This document shows, one piece after another, positions 18,919 to 32,254 of a stretch of DNA of 33,530 bases. The DNA is taken from contig DPVY01000263.1 in the NCBI GenBank assembly GCA_003527965.1, positions 1-33,530 of the forward strand. The letters run 5' to 3'. The stretch comes from Fidelibacterota bacterium. Lineage in GTDB: Bacteria; Fidelibacterota; UBA2242. The stretch's first letter is position 1; each line of letters starts with the position of its first letter. The notes beneath the pieces are model-generated. The model saw only the letters and a list, made by a program, of their open reading frames with translations. It made no database searches and was not told the origin of the DNA. The position numbers and the translations under genes were made by a program.

Positions 18919-18939
18919 AAAGCGAAGGGGTTTTTTTTT
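18906..18939 (+). terminator. Intrinsic terminator (attenuator) 30 nt upstream of ilvD
   Basis: AAAACCCCTTC (18906-18916), a 7-nt loop, then GAAGGGGTTTT. The run of nine T residues is at 18931-18939. Confidence 0.85.
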
Positions 18940-18968
18940 GAAAATAATTTTTAATAAAGGAATTCAGA

Positions 18969-20636
18969 ATGAAAAGTGATCAGATCAAAGAAGGATTGGA
19001 AAGAGCTCCGCACCGCGCTTTGCTGGGAGCCTGCGGAAAAAACAGGCAAGATTTTGACAGACCCTTTATTGCCATTGCAAACTCCTATACCGATATCGTA
19101 CCCGGGCATGTCAGACTCAATGAGGTCGGTAAAATTGTAAAAGAAGCTGTTTATGAAGCCGGCGGATTGCCCTTCGAGTTTAATACTATTGCAGTGTGTG
19201 ACGGCATTGCCATGGGACACGAGGGCATGCGCTACAGCCTGTTGAGCCGTGAGATTATCGCCGATGCGGTGGAAACCATGTTACGCGCCCATAGCTTCGA
19301 TGCTTTGGTTTGTATTCCTAATTGTGACAAGATTATCCCGGGAATGCTGATGGCGGCGGTGCGGGTTAATATTCCCACTATCTTTGTTTCCGGCGGTCCC
19401 ATGAAAGCCGGGAAGACGCCGAGTGGAAAAACAGTGGATCTGATCTCAGTATTTGAGGGTGTCGGCGCATATAAAGAGGGAAAAATTTCAGCTGAAGATC
19501 TGGCTGAAATTGAGAGCTATGCCTGCCCGGGTTGGGGCAGCTGTTCCGGAATGTTTACCGCAAATTCCATGAACTGCCTTTGTGAAGCGCTGGGGATTGC
19601 ACTGCCCGGGAACGGGACGATTCTGGCTGAGGATGAGCGCCGCAAAGATTTATATCGACAGGCAGGTCGCAGGATTGTGACAATGGTGACCGAAGACCTG
19701 AAGCCTTCTGATATCATTACCCCAAAAGCCCTTGATAATGCAATGATTCTCGATATGGCGATGGGGGGCTCTACAAACACAGTGCTGCATACATTAGCTC
19801 TGGCGAATGAAGCAGAAATTGAATTTGACCTGGAGCGGATTGACACTCTTTCGAAACGGGTCAAGAATATCTGCAAAGTTTCTCCTTCCAGCCAATTTCA
19901 TATCGAAGACGTCGACCGCGCCGGTGGGATTAGCGCTATTTTAAAAGAGATGCAGCAGGAAACGGATCTGATCAACGGCGATTGCGTAACAGTGACCGGG
20001 CTGACGCTGGCTGAAAATATCCGGGACGCCGAAATTCGGGACGAGGCGGTGATTCACCGCCTGGAAAACGCCTACAGCGTGACCGGCGGACTGGCTGTTT
20101 TAACGGGTAATCTGGCTCCGGAAGGCAGCGTAGTGAAATACGCCGGTGTGGCTGAATCCATGCGAACATTCGAAGGTCCGGCAGTAATTTTCGACAGTCA
20201 GGAAGACGCCTGTGAAGGAATTCTATCCGGAAGGGTAAAAACCGGTGACGTAGTCGTAATCCGCTATGAAGGACCCCGCGGCGGACCCGGTATGCAGGAG
20301 ATGCTGTCGCCGACATCATACATTATGGGGCGCGGTCTGGGAGAGAGCGTGGCGCTGATTACCGACGGTCGTTTCTCCGGTGGGACGAGAGGCGCCTGTA
20401 TCGGACACATCGCCCCGGAAGCCGCTGTCGGCGGACCCATTGCCCTGCTAAAAGCAGGCGACCGTATCGCCATAGATATTCCCAATGGAAAATTGGAGGT
20501 TTTGTTGAGCCGTGAAGAGATGGAGAAGCGGCGCAAAGCCTGGGAACCAGAGCCGCCCCGAGTGAATTACGGCGCCCTGGGACGCTATGCAAAAATGGCC
20601 TCTTCCGCCGCTAAAGGCGCGGTTTTGGAACTTTGA
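18969..20636 (+). CDS. ilvD: Dihydroxy-acid dehydratase
   Basis: 555 aa of the IlvD/Edd family. Motifs include [19 protein letters not shown] and [17 protein letters not shown] (Fe-S ligands). Confidence 0.97.
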   Translation: MKSDQIKEGLERAPHRALLGACGKNRQDFDRPFIAIANSYTDIVPGHVRLNEVGKIVKEAVYEAGGLPFEFNTIAVCDGIAMGHEGMRYSLLSREIIADAVETMLRAHSFDALVCIPNCDKIIPGMLMAAVRVNIPTIFVSGGPMKAGKTPSGKTVDLISVFEGVGAYKEGKISAEDLAEIESYACPGWGSCSGMFTANSMNCLCEALGIALPGNGTILAEDERRKDLYRQAGRRIVTMVTEDLKPSDIITPKALDNAMILDMAMGGSTNTVLHTLALANEAEIEFDLERIDTLSKRVKNICKVSPSSQFHIEDVDRAGGISAILKEMQQETDLINGDCVTVTGLTLAENIRDAEIRDEAVIHRLENAYSVTGGLAVLTGNLAPEGSVVKYAGVAESMRTFEGPAVIFDSQEDACEGILSGRVKTGDVVVIRYEGPRGGPGMQEMLSPTSYIMGRGLGESVALITDGRFSGGTRGACIGHIAPEAAVGGPIALLKAGDRIAIDIPNGKLEVLLSREEMEKRRKAWEPEPPRVNYGALGRYAKMASSAAKGAVLEL

Positions 20637-20688
20637 TAATTAGATAAACAACCGATGAATACCAAAATTTAGCAGTAATGAGGAAAAA

Positions 20689-22419
20689 ATGAACGGTGCA
20701 GAAATATTAATTGACGGACTGAAGAAAGAAGGCGTAGATACGATCTTCGGCTATCCCGGCGGTGTCGTCATACCGATTTTTGACGTGCTCTATTCATGTC
20801 GGGAGATAAAATTTTTACTGACGCGTCACGAACAGGGCGCAGTACACGCAGCCGACGGTTATGCCCGGGCTACAGGAAAAGTCGGCGTTGCTCTGGTGAC
20901 TTCCGGACCGGGAGCTACCAATACAATTACCGGTATTGCCACTGCCAAACTCGACTCATCACCCATCGTGGTAATCAGTGGTCAGGTGCACACCAATAAT
21001 ATCGGCACCGATGCTTTTCAGGAAACCGATATGTTCGGCTTGACACGTTCTATTTGCAAACACAATTATCTTGTGAAAAATATCCTGGATTTGCCACATG
21101 TTTTAAAAGAGGCTTTTTACATTGCCAGATCGGGGCGTCCGGGACCGGTTTCGATTGATATCCCGGTAGATGTGGCAACGGCGAAGTTAAAGAATTACAA
21201 TTATCCTGATGACGTTAAACTACCCGGCTATAAACCGGTTCTGCGCGGGAACCCGATGCAGATCGAAAAATTGGCCAGGGCGATTAATGTGGCTCAAAAA
21301 CCGCTTCTCTATACGGGTGGCGGAATTGTCAGCGCAGGCGCTAGCGAAGAGCTTCGGCAGCTGATTGACAAAACGCAGATTCCGGTTGTAGTTACACTGA
21401 TGGGGCTGGGAAGCGTACCCCACAATCACCCCTGTTTTCTGGGAATGCCGGGGATGCATGGGCGGGTGGCGGCTAATAAAGCCCTGGTGGAGTGCGACCT
21501 GTTGATCGCCATTGGCGTTCGCTTTGATGATCGCATTACCGGTCCGCGTCATACCTTTGTGCCTAATGCAACCGTGGCTCATATCGATATCGATCCCGCG
21601 GAAATAGGAAAAAACGTCAGGACTCATATTCCGGTGGTAGGCAATGCCAAAGATGTACTTAAAGATTTGATTGAGAAGGTAAAACCAAGAGTTAAAAATT
21701 CCTGGAATGAGCGCACGGAATATTGGGAAGAAAAATATCCGTTGACCTATAAAAAATCGGATGAAGAAACAATATCGCCTCAATTTGTAATTGAAAGAGT
21801 GAATAAATTTGCCGGTCCTGAAACAATAGTTGTAACCGACGTGGGTCAGAACCAGATGTGGACGGCGCTTTATTATCATTATTGCCAACCGCGAAAGTTT
21901 TTAAGTTCCGGCGGACTGGGCACCATGGGATTTGGTCTGCCGGCTGCCATGGGGGCAGCTCTGGGAAAACCTGAAAATCAAGTAATTTGTATATCGGGTG
22001 ACGGTGGTATCCAGATGAATATTCAGGAACTGGCGACCTGTGCGATCAACCGGATTCCGGTTAAGCTGATCGTAATTAATAATTTTTACCTTGGTATGGT
22101 CAGGCAGTGGCAGGATCTTTTCTGGGACAAAAAATATTCACAGGTCTGCTTACTGCATTCTCCGGACTGCCCGGATGAATGCCGTGGTCCGAACGAAAAC
22201 TGTCCACCGCAATATCTTCCCGATCTGGTCAAGGTAGCCGAAGCAAACGGTCTGCCCGGATACAGGGCGACCTCATTTTCAGAAGTAGATGAGGTGCTGA
22301 AGAAGGGTTTGGCTCATGACGGACCGGTATTGATGGAGTTTGTAGTGAACCGGCTGGAAAATGTATTTCCAATGGTTTCAGCCGGGAAACCGCTTAGCGA
22401 TATTATGATGGGAGACTAG
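20689..22419 (+). CDS. ilvB: Acetolactate synthase (AHAS) large catalytic subunit
   Basis: 576 aa. N-terminal TPP domain reads IFGYPGG...RHEQGAVHAADGYAR. TPP-binding motif is GDGGIQMNIQEL. Confidence 0.96.
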   Translation: MNGAEILIDGLKKEGVDTIFGYPGGVVIPIFDVLYSCREIKFLLTRHEQGAVHAADGYARATGKVGVALVTSGPGATNTITGIATAKLDSSPIVVISGQVHTNNIGTDAFQETDMFGLTRSICKHNYLVKNILDLPHVLKEAFYIARSGRPGPVSIDIPVDVATAKLKNYNYPDDVKLPGYKPVLRGNPMQIEKLARAINVAQKPLLYTGGGIVSAGASEELRQLIDKTQIPVVVTLMGLGSVPHNHPCFLGMPGMHGRVAANKALVECDLLIAIGVRFDDRITGPRHTFVPNATVAHIDIDPAEIGKNVRTHIPVVGNAKDVLKDLIEKVKPRVKNSWNERTEYWEEKYPLTYKKSDEETISPQFVIERVNKFAGPETIVVTDVGQNQMWTALYYHYCQPRKFLSSGGLGTMGFGLPAAMGAALGKPENQVICISGDGGIQMNIQELATCAINRIPVKLIVINNFYLGMVRQWQDLFWDKKYSQVCLLHSPDCPDECRGPNENCPPQYLPDLVKVAEANGLPGYRATSFSEVDEVLKKGLAHDGPVLMEFVVNRLENVFPMVSAGKPLSDIMMGD

Positions 22420-22422
22420 AAA

Positions 22423-22938
22423 ATGGTTGAAAAACATACTGTTATTGTGACTGTCTTAAATAGTGCAGGCGTGTTGGCTCGGGTGGCTGGTTTGCTGTCC
22501 CAGCGGGGTTATAATATTGAGAGCGCTATCGGTGCCCCCACTGAAAATCCCGAAATCTACAAGATTAGTTTGGTGGTTGCGGAGAGCAAGGAGCACATTG
22601 AACAGATAACCAAGCAATTGAATAAATTGGTCGATACACTGAAAGTCGTCGACATTTCCCACAAGGACAACTATATCGTCCGGGAATATATCATCCTCAA
22701 AATGGATGTTACCCAGAAAAAACGAGTTGATTTGTTTAATTTAATAAAATATTTTAAAGCTCATCCAATCGACATTACTTCTGATCACATGATTCTTGAA
22801 CTTTCGGGGAATCCCCGGAAGATCGATCGCTTTATTGAATTAATGAAGCCCTTTGGAATTAAAGAATTTGTCAGGAGTGGAGAGTTTGCGATGGCTGAAT
22901 ATCAAACACCAAAAAAAGGAGAGAAAAATGGCTATTAA
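22423..22938 (+). CDS. ilvN: Acetolactate synthase small regulatory subunit (ACT domain)
   Basis: 171 aa reading [30 protein letters not shown]. It starts 3 nt after ilvB. Confidence 0.93.
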   Translation: MVEKHTVIVTVLNSAGVLARVAGLLSQRGYNIESAIGAPTENPEIYKISLVVAESKEHIEQITKQLNKLVDTLKVVDISHKDNYIVREYIILKMDVTQKKRVDLFNLIKYFKAHPIDITSDHMILELSGNPRKIDRFIELMKPFGIKEFVRSGEFAMAEYQTPKKGEKNGY

Positions 22939-23929
22939 GATGTACTATGACAAGGATGGCGATCGGGAAATACTTAAGGGCAAAACAATTGCAATTATTG
23001 GCTATGGCAGCCAGGGACATGCTCAGGCTCAGAACCTGCGGGACAGCGGCTACAATGTTATCGTTGCCGACAGAAAAGGCAGCGAAAATTATCTGCTGGC
23101 TAAAAGTCACGGATTTAAGCCCATGACTGCTGCGGAAGCCAGCGCCAAAGCCGATATCATTCAGGTCCTGGTTCCCGACGAATTGCAAAAAAAGGTCTAC
23201 ACGGGAGAGATTGAAAAATATCTTACCGCCGGAAAAGCTCTGGTGTTTTCCCACGGTTTCAATATTCACTTTGGGCAGATCGTTCCTCCGCCGGATGTGG
23301 ATGTCTACATGGTGGCGCCCAAAGGTCCGGGGCATCTGGTTCGTCGTCAATATGAAATCGGCGCCGGTGTTCCATCGTTGATTGCCGTTTACCAGGACGC
23401 TACGGGCAAGGCTAAAGAGATGGCCCTGGCGCATGCCTGCGGAATCGGCGCCGGTCGGGCCGGGATAATTGAAACTTCATTCAGGGAAGAGACTGAAACC
23501 GACCTCTTCGGCGAACAGGCAGTCCTTTGCGGCGGCGTAACCGAATTGATCAAAGGTGGTTTTGAAACACTTGTTGATGCCGGATACCAGCCGGAAATTG
23601 CCTATTTTGAGTGCCTGCATGAGTTGAAACTGATTACAGATTTGATTCAGGAGGGGGGTATTGGCTGGATGAATTATTCGATTTCCGATACGGCAGAATA
23701 CGGCGAATACACACGTGGACCCAGACTGGTTAATGCAGATGTTAAAAAAGAGATGAAGGCAATCCTGTGCGAAATCCAGAGTGGCAGTTTTGCCAAAGAA
23801 TGGATTCTTGAGAATCAAGCCGGGCGTCCGACCCTAAACGCCAGCCGCCGGGAAAACAGCGAACTGCTGATTGAAAAAGTCGGGAAGCAGTTACGCGGCA
23901 TGATGTCATGGCTGAAAAAAGAAAAATAA
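22928..23929 (+). CDS. ilvC: Ketol-acid reductoisomerase (class I)
   Basis: The preferred start is ATG 22928 ([12 protein letters not shown]), preceded by AAAGGAGAG. Rossmann motif is [13 protein letters not shown]. It overlaps the ilvN end by 11 nt. Confidence 0.96.
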   Translation: MAIKMYYDKDGDREILKGKTIAIIGYGSQGHAQAQNLRDSGYNVIVADRKGSENYLLAKSHGFKPMTAAEASAKADIIQVLVPDELQKKVYTGEIEKYLTAGKALVFSHGFNIHFGQIVPPPDVDVYMVAPKGPGHLVRRQYEIGAGVPSLIAVYQDATGKAKEMALAHACGIGAGRAGIIETSFREETETDLFGEQAVLCGGVTELIKGGFETLVDAGYQPEIAYFECLHELKLITDLIQEGGIGWMNYSISDTAEYGEYTRGPRLVNADVKKEMKAILCEIQSGSFAKEWILENQAGRPTLNASRRENSELLIEKVGKQLRGMMSWLKKEK

Positions 23930-23931
23930 GT

Positions 23932-25509
<1,578 letters not shown>

Positions 25510-25524
25510 AAACCCGGAGATATT

Positions 25525-27069
25525 ATGGATAAACGCAAAATAATTATTTTTGACACAACCCTGCGGGACGGGGAACAGAGTCCCGGCGCTTCGCTGACGG
25601 TCAATGAAAAGCTGGTAATAGCCCACCAATTGGCGCGGTTAGGCGTTGACGTGATTGAAGCCGGATTTCCGATTGCCTCCGAGGGGGATTTCGAAGCTGT
25701 AAAGGTGATTGCCCGGAATGTCAAGGGACCGACGATTGCCGGTTTAGCTCGGGCAAACGACGCCGATATCGACCGTTGCTGGGAAGCAGTGAAATACGCT
25801 GAAAAGCCCCGCATTCATACCTTTATCGCAACTTCGAAAGTCCATCGCGATGAAAAATTGCGGAAGACAAAGGAAGAAGTCATCGATCTTGCGGTAAAGG
25901 CCGTCAAACGGGCGAAAAGTTACTGCGACGATGTGGAGTTTTCGCCGGAAGACGCTGCCCGCACGAGCCCGGATTACATGTGCGACGTCGTGCGTGCCGT
26001 CATCGCCGCCGGGGCAACTACGGTGAATATTCCCGATACCGTAGGCTATTCCGAGCCGCAGGAGTTCGGCGACCGGATTCGCTATCTTTTCGAGCAAGTG
26101 CCCGAAGCAAAAAATATAGTGGTCAGTGTCCATTGTCATAACGATCTCGGCAATGCCGTGGCAAATTCACTGGCGGCGGTGGAAGCCGGCGCCGGTCAGG
26201 TAGAAGGCTGTATAAACGGTATCGGCGAACGGGCCGGGAACGCCTCCCTGGAAGAGGTCGTCATGAACCTCACGACCAGGAAGGACTTTTATAATGTAGC
26301 GCTGAATATTAATACCCGCGAGATATATAAAACCAGCCGGTTGGTATCCAATTTAACCGGCATCGAAGTGCAGCGCAATAAGGCTATTGTCGGTGTGAAT
26401 GCCTTTGCCCACGAAGCCGGCATCCATCAGCATGGTGTTTTGAAGAGCAAAGCAACCTACGAAATCATGACGCCCGAAGAGGTCGGCTGGATGGGCGAAA
26501 ATCTGGTGATCGGCAAACATTCCGGCAAACATGCCGTGACCGCCCTTCTGCAAGACGAAGGATTTCAACTGGATAAGGACCAGATTCAACAAATCACCGA
26601 AAAGGTCAAAGATCTGGCCGATAAGCAGAAATCTGTTGAGCGGGAAGATGTTATTGCCATTGCCCGTGATATTACTCATCAGCTGTCCGAAGAAGAGCAA
26701 TTTGTCAAATTAGAAGAATTTGCCGTGATTACCGGTTCCGATATGACGCCCACGGCATCGGTGAAATTGCGGGTCAACGGGGAGCTGAAAATCGCAGCCG
26801 GGGTTGGCGATGGACCGGTTGACGCGATTAGTAATGCAATCTGGCAAATGGTAGATCCTTCTTTAAAACTGATGGATTACCATCTGAAGGCGATTACCGG
26901 CGGGACCGACGCCCTGGCAGACGTGTCGATCAAACTTTCCGATGAAAAGCAGAATATATTTGTGGCCCGCTCGGTGGACGAGGATGTGATCCGCGCCAGC
27001 GCCAAAGCCATTGTGAAAGGCATCAATAAAGCCTTAAGTTTCAGGGAAAAAATTCATCCGCAGCGTTAG
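25525..27069 (+). CDS. leuA: 2-isopropylmalate synthase
   Basis: 514 aa with [14 protein letters not shown] and HCHNDLGNAVANSLAAVEAGA. It has a C-terminal LeuA allosteric domain. Confidence 0.93.
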   Translation: MDKRKIIIFDTTLRDGEQSPGASLTVNEKLVIAHQLARLGVDVIEAGFPIASEGDFEAVKVIARNVKGPTIAGLARANDADIDRCWEAVKYAEKPRIHTFIATSKVHRDEKLRKTKEEVIDLAVKAVKRAKSYCDDVEFSPEDAARTSPDYMCDVVRAVIAAGATTVNIPDTVGYSEPQEFGDRIRYLFEQVPEAKNIVVSVHCHNDLGNAVANSLAAVEAGAGQVEGCINGIGERAGNASLEEVVMNLTTRKDFYNVALNINTREIYKTSRLVSNLTGIEVQRNKAIVGVNAFAHEAGIHQHGVLKSKATYEIMTPEEVGWMGENLVIGKHSGKHAVTALLQDEGFQLDKDQIQQITEKVKDLADKQKSVEREDVIAIARDITHQLSEEEQFVKLEEFAVITGSDMTPTASVKLRVNGELKIAAGVGDGPVDAISNAIWQMVDPSLKLMDYHLKAITGGTDALADVSIKLSDEKQNIFVARSVDEDVIRASAKAIVKGINKALSFREKIHPQR

Positions 27070-27093
27070 TGCGAAATACTACAGGAGTAAACT

Positions 27094-28356
27094 TTGGGAA
27101 GTACGATTACGGAAAAAATAATGGCCCGGCATTGCGGTCGGGATATGGTAAAGCCCGGCGAGTTGATTAATGCCGAGATCGACGTCGTCATGTGTCACGA
27201 CGTGACCACCACGCCGGCTATTGATATGCTGGCTGAAAAGGGGCTGCAAAAAGTTGCGCACCCGGAACGGGTGGTAATCATGCCCGACCATTTTGTGCCC
27301 AATAAAGACATTAAGTCCGCCGAGATGGTAGCGAAAATCCGGCGCTGGGCCAAAGAACAGGGCATTGAAAAGTTTTATGAACTGGGACGTCATGGCGTTT
27401 GCCATGCGCTTTTACCAGAGCAGGGACATGTGCAGCCGGGAACGACTATCGTCTGCGGGGACAGCCATACCTGTACCCATGGGGCGCTTGGGGCTTTTGC
27501 TACCGGCATCGGCAGCACCGATCTGGCGGCGACCCTGGCGACCGGGGAATTGTGGTTCAAAGTACCTGAGACAATCCTGTTCCGTTTGAACGGTAAACTG
27601 CAGAAAGGCGTCTGTTCCAAAGATGTCATCCTGGCGATTATCACCCGGATCGGCGTGGATGGTGCTCTCTATAAAGCTATGGAATTTACCGGAGAATTGA
27701 TTGACGATCTGTCCGTCGAGGCTCGTATGACTATTTGTAATATGGCTATCGAAGCCGGCGGCAAATCCGGGATAATTAATCCGGATCAGAAAACCATCGA
27801 CTACGTTAAAGCCAGAACCGCTGAGCCTTTTGAAGTTTTTGTCAGCGATGCCGATGCCGAATATGCTGCAGTAATCGAGATGGACGTTACGGATTTGGAA
27901 CCGGTCGTGGCGTTTCCCCATCTGCCAAGCAATGGCAGGCCCGTTTCTCAGGTTGGGGATATCGCTATTGATCAGGCTTATCTCGGCAGCTGCACCAACG
28001 GACGCATCGAGGATTTACGGATAGCGGCACAAATCATGCGAGGACATCAGGTCGCTCCGGAAACGCGTATGATCGTTGTGCCCGCCACCAGCGACATCTG
28101 GAAACAGGCTAATCATGAAGGCTTGCTCGATATTTTCATGGAAGCAGGAGCCACGGTTTCTGCGCCCACCTGCGGCGCCTGTCTCGGCGGACACATGGGA
28201 ATTTTAGCGGCGGGCGAACGTTGTATCAGCAGCACCAACCGCAATTTTGTAGGGCGTATGGGCAGCCCGAAAGCGGAAGTCTATCTGGCTGGTCCCGGCA
28301 CCGTGGCGGCATCGGCGGTCGAAGGTAAAATCGCCGACCCGCGTAAGTATTTATAG
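27094..28356 (+). CDS. leuC: 3-isopropylmalate dehydratase large subunit (short, LeuC/HacA type)
   Basis: 420 aa from a TTG start after AGGAG. Aconitase-family Fe-S ligand regions are [14 protein letters not shown] and CGACLGG. Confidence 0.94.
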   Translation: MGSTITEKIMARHCGRDMVKPGELINAEIDVVMCHDVTTTPAIDMLAEKGLQKVAHPERVVIMPDHFVPNKDIKSAEMVAKIRRWAKEQGIEKFYELGRHGVCHALLPEQGHVQPGTTIVCGDSHTCTHGALGAFATGIGSTDLAATLATGELWFKVPETILFRLNGKLQKGVCSKDVILAIITRIGVDGALYKAMEFTGELIDDLSVEARMTICNMAIEAGGKSGIINPDQKTIDYVKARTAEPFEVFVSDADAEYAAVIEMDVTDLEPVVAFPHLPSNGRPVSQVGDIAIDQAYLGSCTNGRIEDLRIAAQIMRGHQVAPETRMIVVPATSDIWKQANHEGLLDIFMEAGATVSAPTCGACLGGHMGILAAGERCISSTNRNFVGRMGSPKAEVYLAGPGTVAASAVEGKIADPRKYL

Positions 28357-28364
28357 GAGAACAG

Positions 28365-29941
<1,577 letters not shown>

Positions 29942-30117
29942 CGGTCCCGGTATATAGTCTGTTCTATAATGTCGTCGTTTTACACGAAAGAATATCGTGG
30001 TGTTTTAACGGGGGGTGCCGGTACGATAAGGTAAAAAGCAAACCCTGTTTTTTTACATATCATTAAATTGTCTTCATGTCGGATGTTATAGTTTTCTGGT
30101 ATTGACTTAAACGCAAT

Positions 30118-30146
30118 AAAGCCCTCTATAATAGAGGGCTTTATAT
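30118..30146. terminator. Bidirectional intrinsic terminator between leuB and the MFS gene
   Basis: AAAGCCCTCT (30118-30127), loop ATAAT, then AGAGGGCTTT (30133-30142). U-rich sequence follows on both strands. Confidence 0.8.
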
Positions 30147-30165
30147 TCTTGCCTGGACTCTATTA

Positions 30166-31611
30166 TTATCCTTGTATATTTGGCAATTCCAGACCATAGC
30201 CTTTTTTCTTATCTTCTGCTTTAAGCAGGAAGGCAAAGATCAAGGCCAGAACAGTTAATCCTATGAAGATCAACCAGGTTGTAGAATAATCATAGGCAGG
30301 TATGGTTCCCGCAGCTTTAAGTTCGTCCAATTTTGTTGCAATTTCTCCATTAGACAACCCGCTTGCGGCAAACTTTATTTTGTAGTCTGCTATTAAAGGC
30401 GAGATATTCGGATTCGTTTTATTAAGGACCAGCCCAAGGATAAACGGTACTCCCATAAGTCCCCAGTTTTGTATCCAGAAAATAAAGGCATAAGCTGAGC
30501 CGAGTTGTTTTTCAGGAATAATTTTAGGCACCGAAGGCCACATGGCGGAAGGTACCAGAGAAAATGCAATACCGAGTAAAATAGCATTCGCTACCGCTAT
30601 CCAAACACTGGTGATAAACGGCAGATAAAAAATAATATGAACGACGATTAGCATAAGTGAACCAAGAATCATAATCGAGGCTCCTTTTCCTTTTCTATCA
30701 TAAATACCACCAAATAATGGGGTCAGAAAAATTGTGCCAAACGGCACTAAACTGGGTATAAGACCGGCCCACTTATCCGACACACCAAATTTATTCACCA
30801 TTAAATCGGGCCCATATTTATAAAAGGGAAAAACTGCCGAATAAAACAATACGCATAAGATTGCGATATACCAAAAGCCTCTATTCCCAATAATTACTCC
30901 CAAATCCTTCAACTTAAATTTGTCCTCACCAAAACTATCTGACAGGGCTTTTTCCTGCGTATCTAACTTTCTATCCATCACGTTGTAAATCAGGAAAGTA
31001 AAAAATCCGATAATGAGAAATAATAAACCCATTAAAACCGTTGTGGGAATATTAGTTTTTTTGGCAAACCACGCCCCAAAAGCAAGTGGAACGAATGATC
31101 CCAGTCGGGCGATGGCAACCTGCATACCCATAGCGGTTGCCATTTCTTTTCCTTTAAACCATTTTACAACCGCCTTTGAAACTGTGATGCCTGCATATTC
31201 AACACCGACACCAAATAGCGCATAGCCAAAAGACGCATAAAATATCCGAGCTTTCAGTCCTAGAATCACGGCATCGGGCCCGAATTTTCCGGCGAAAGCA
31301 TAATATTTTATAGCAGCACCTGCTACCATTATTAACGAAGATGAAATTGTGCTGAAGCGGATACCCATTTTGTCAAGTATAATGCCGACAATGATGAGCA
31401 TTAAGAAAAATACATTAAACCAACCGTAAGCACTTACAACAGTTCCAAAATCGGAGCTGCTCCACCCATAAGCTGTCTCGAGCATTGGTTTCAGGGGTGA
31501 TAGGATTTCACAAAATAGATAACCGGCAAACATTGTGAAAGAAACAATCCCCAATGCTCCCCACCGCGCCGTCTTTGAATCTCTTATAGTTTTGTTAATC
31601 TGATCTGTCAT
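30166..31611 (-). CDS. Major facilitator superfamily transporter
   Basis: 481 aa with about 12 hydrophobic helices and an MFS loop motif (ILDKMGIRF). A hydrophilic insert sits before the last helix. Confidence 0.85.
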   Translation of the reverse strand: MTDQINKTIRDSKTARWGALGIVSFTMFAGYLFCEILSPLKPMLETAYGWSSSDFGTVVSAYGWFNVFFLMLIIVGIILDKMGIRFSTISSSLIMVAGAAIKYYAFAGKFGPDAVILGLKARIFYASFGYALFGVGVEYAGITVSKAVVKWFKGKEMATAMGMQVAIARLGSFVPLAFGAWFAKKTNIPTTVLMGLLFLIIGFFTFLIYNVMDRKLDTQEKALSDSFGEDKFKLKDLGVIIGNRGFWYIAILCVLFYSAVFPFYKYGPDLMVNKFGVSDKWAGLIPSLVPFGTIFLTPLFGGIYDRKGKGASIMILGSLMLIVVHIIFYLPFITSVWIAVANAILLGIAFSLVPSAMWPSVPKIIPEKQLGSAYAFIFWIQNWGLMGVPFILGLVLNKTNPNISPLIADYKIKFAASGLSNGEIATKLDELKAAGTIPAYDYSTTWLIFIGLTVLALIFAFLLKAEDKKKGYGLELPNIQG

Positions 31612-31721
31612 GTTTTAACCTGCTCTTTCTGCAATTGGTTTTTCAAGAAAATCGCCTGTAATCTACGGAAATCCTTTTAAAATCTATAAACTATTATATT
31701 GGGCTAAATAGATTCGATTTA

Positions 31722-32216
31722 TTATAAGAGTTTCGCTAAAATAAATCCCGTTATAAAGGCAATACCTATTATGAGTGGAATTTTAATTTTAGCAATGAAG
31801 GATGTTTCTTTTTCAGTATTCGATATAGGTTCAGGTATTGCGGTGCAAGGAAGATATTCTTCTACGGCACTAATAAGCACATCAATATCAAAAGGTTTGG
31901 GAAAAACACGAACGGCACCGAGCTGGTGTGCCTTATCGAGTAAGAGATTTTTTGAGCCCTGATAAGTAGCCCCGGAAATAGCAAAAACAGGTACTTTGGG
32001 ATATAATCGCCTAATTTCCTTAATAGTTTCAAAACCGCCTTTTTTAGGCATTAAAATATCGATTATAATTAAATCGGCATTATACTTTCTCTGTAAAGAT
32101 AATCCCTCTCCCCCGTCGGAAGCTTCATATACTAAATATCTATGCTTTGCCTCTAAAGTAGCTCTTAAAAGCGCTCGTATATCAGCTTCATCGTCAATTA
32201 TTAAAACTCGTGCCAT
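31722..32216 (-). CDS. REC-only (CheY-like) response regulator with a C-terminal hydrophobic tail anchor
   Basis: 164 aa with VLIIDDE, the phospho-acceptor context LIIIDILMP, AISG and FPKPF. The last 21 aa (IKIPLIIGIAFITGFILAKLL) form a predicted TM helix. Confidence 0.85.
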   Translation of the reverse strand: MARVLIIDDEADIRALLRATLEAKHRYLVYEASDGGEGLSLQRKYNADLIIIDILMPKKGGFETIKEIRRLYPKVPVFAISGATYQGSKNLLLDKAHQLGAVRVFPKPFDIDVLISAVEEYLPCTAIPEPISNTEKETSFIAKIKIPLIIGIAFITGFILAKLL

Positions 32217-32254
32217 TTTGCCCCTTTTTCATTCTGTTTATTATTATCAACAGA

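Noticed and set aside
22853-22927. Upstream start (22853) for ilvC
   Set aside because: The extension overlaps ilvN by 86 nt. The ATG at 22928 has a strong AAAGGAGAG SD and gives the canonical KARI N-terminus.
29983-30007. Weak hairpin CACGA-N7-TCGTG followed by GTGTTTT directly after leuB
   Set aside because: The stem is only 5 bp. The strong bidirectional terminator at 30118-30146 is the more plausible operon end.
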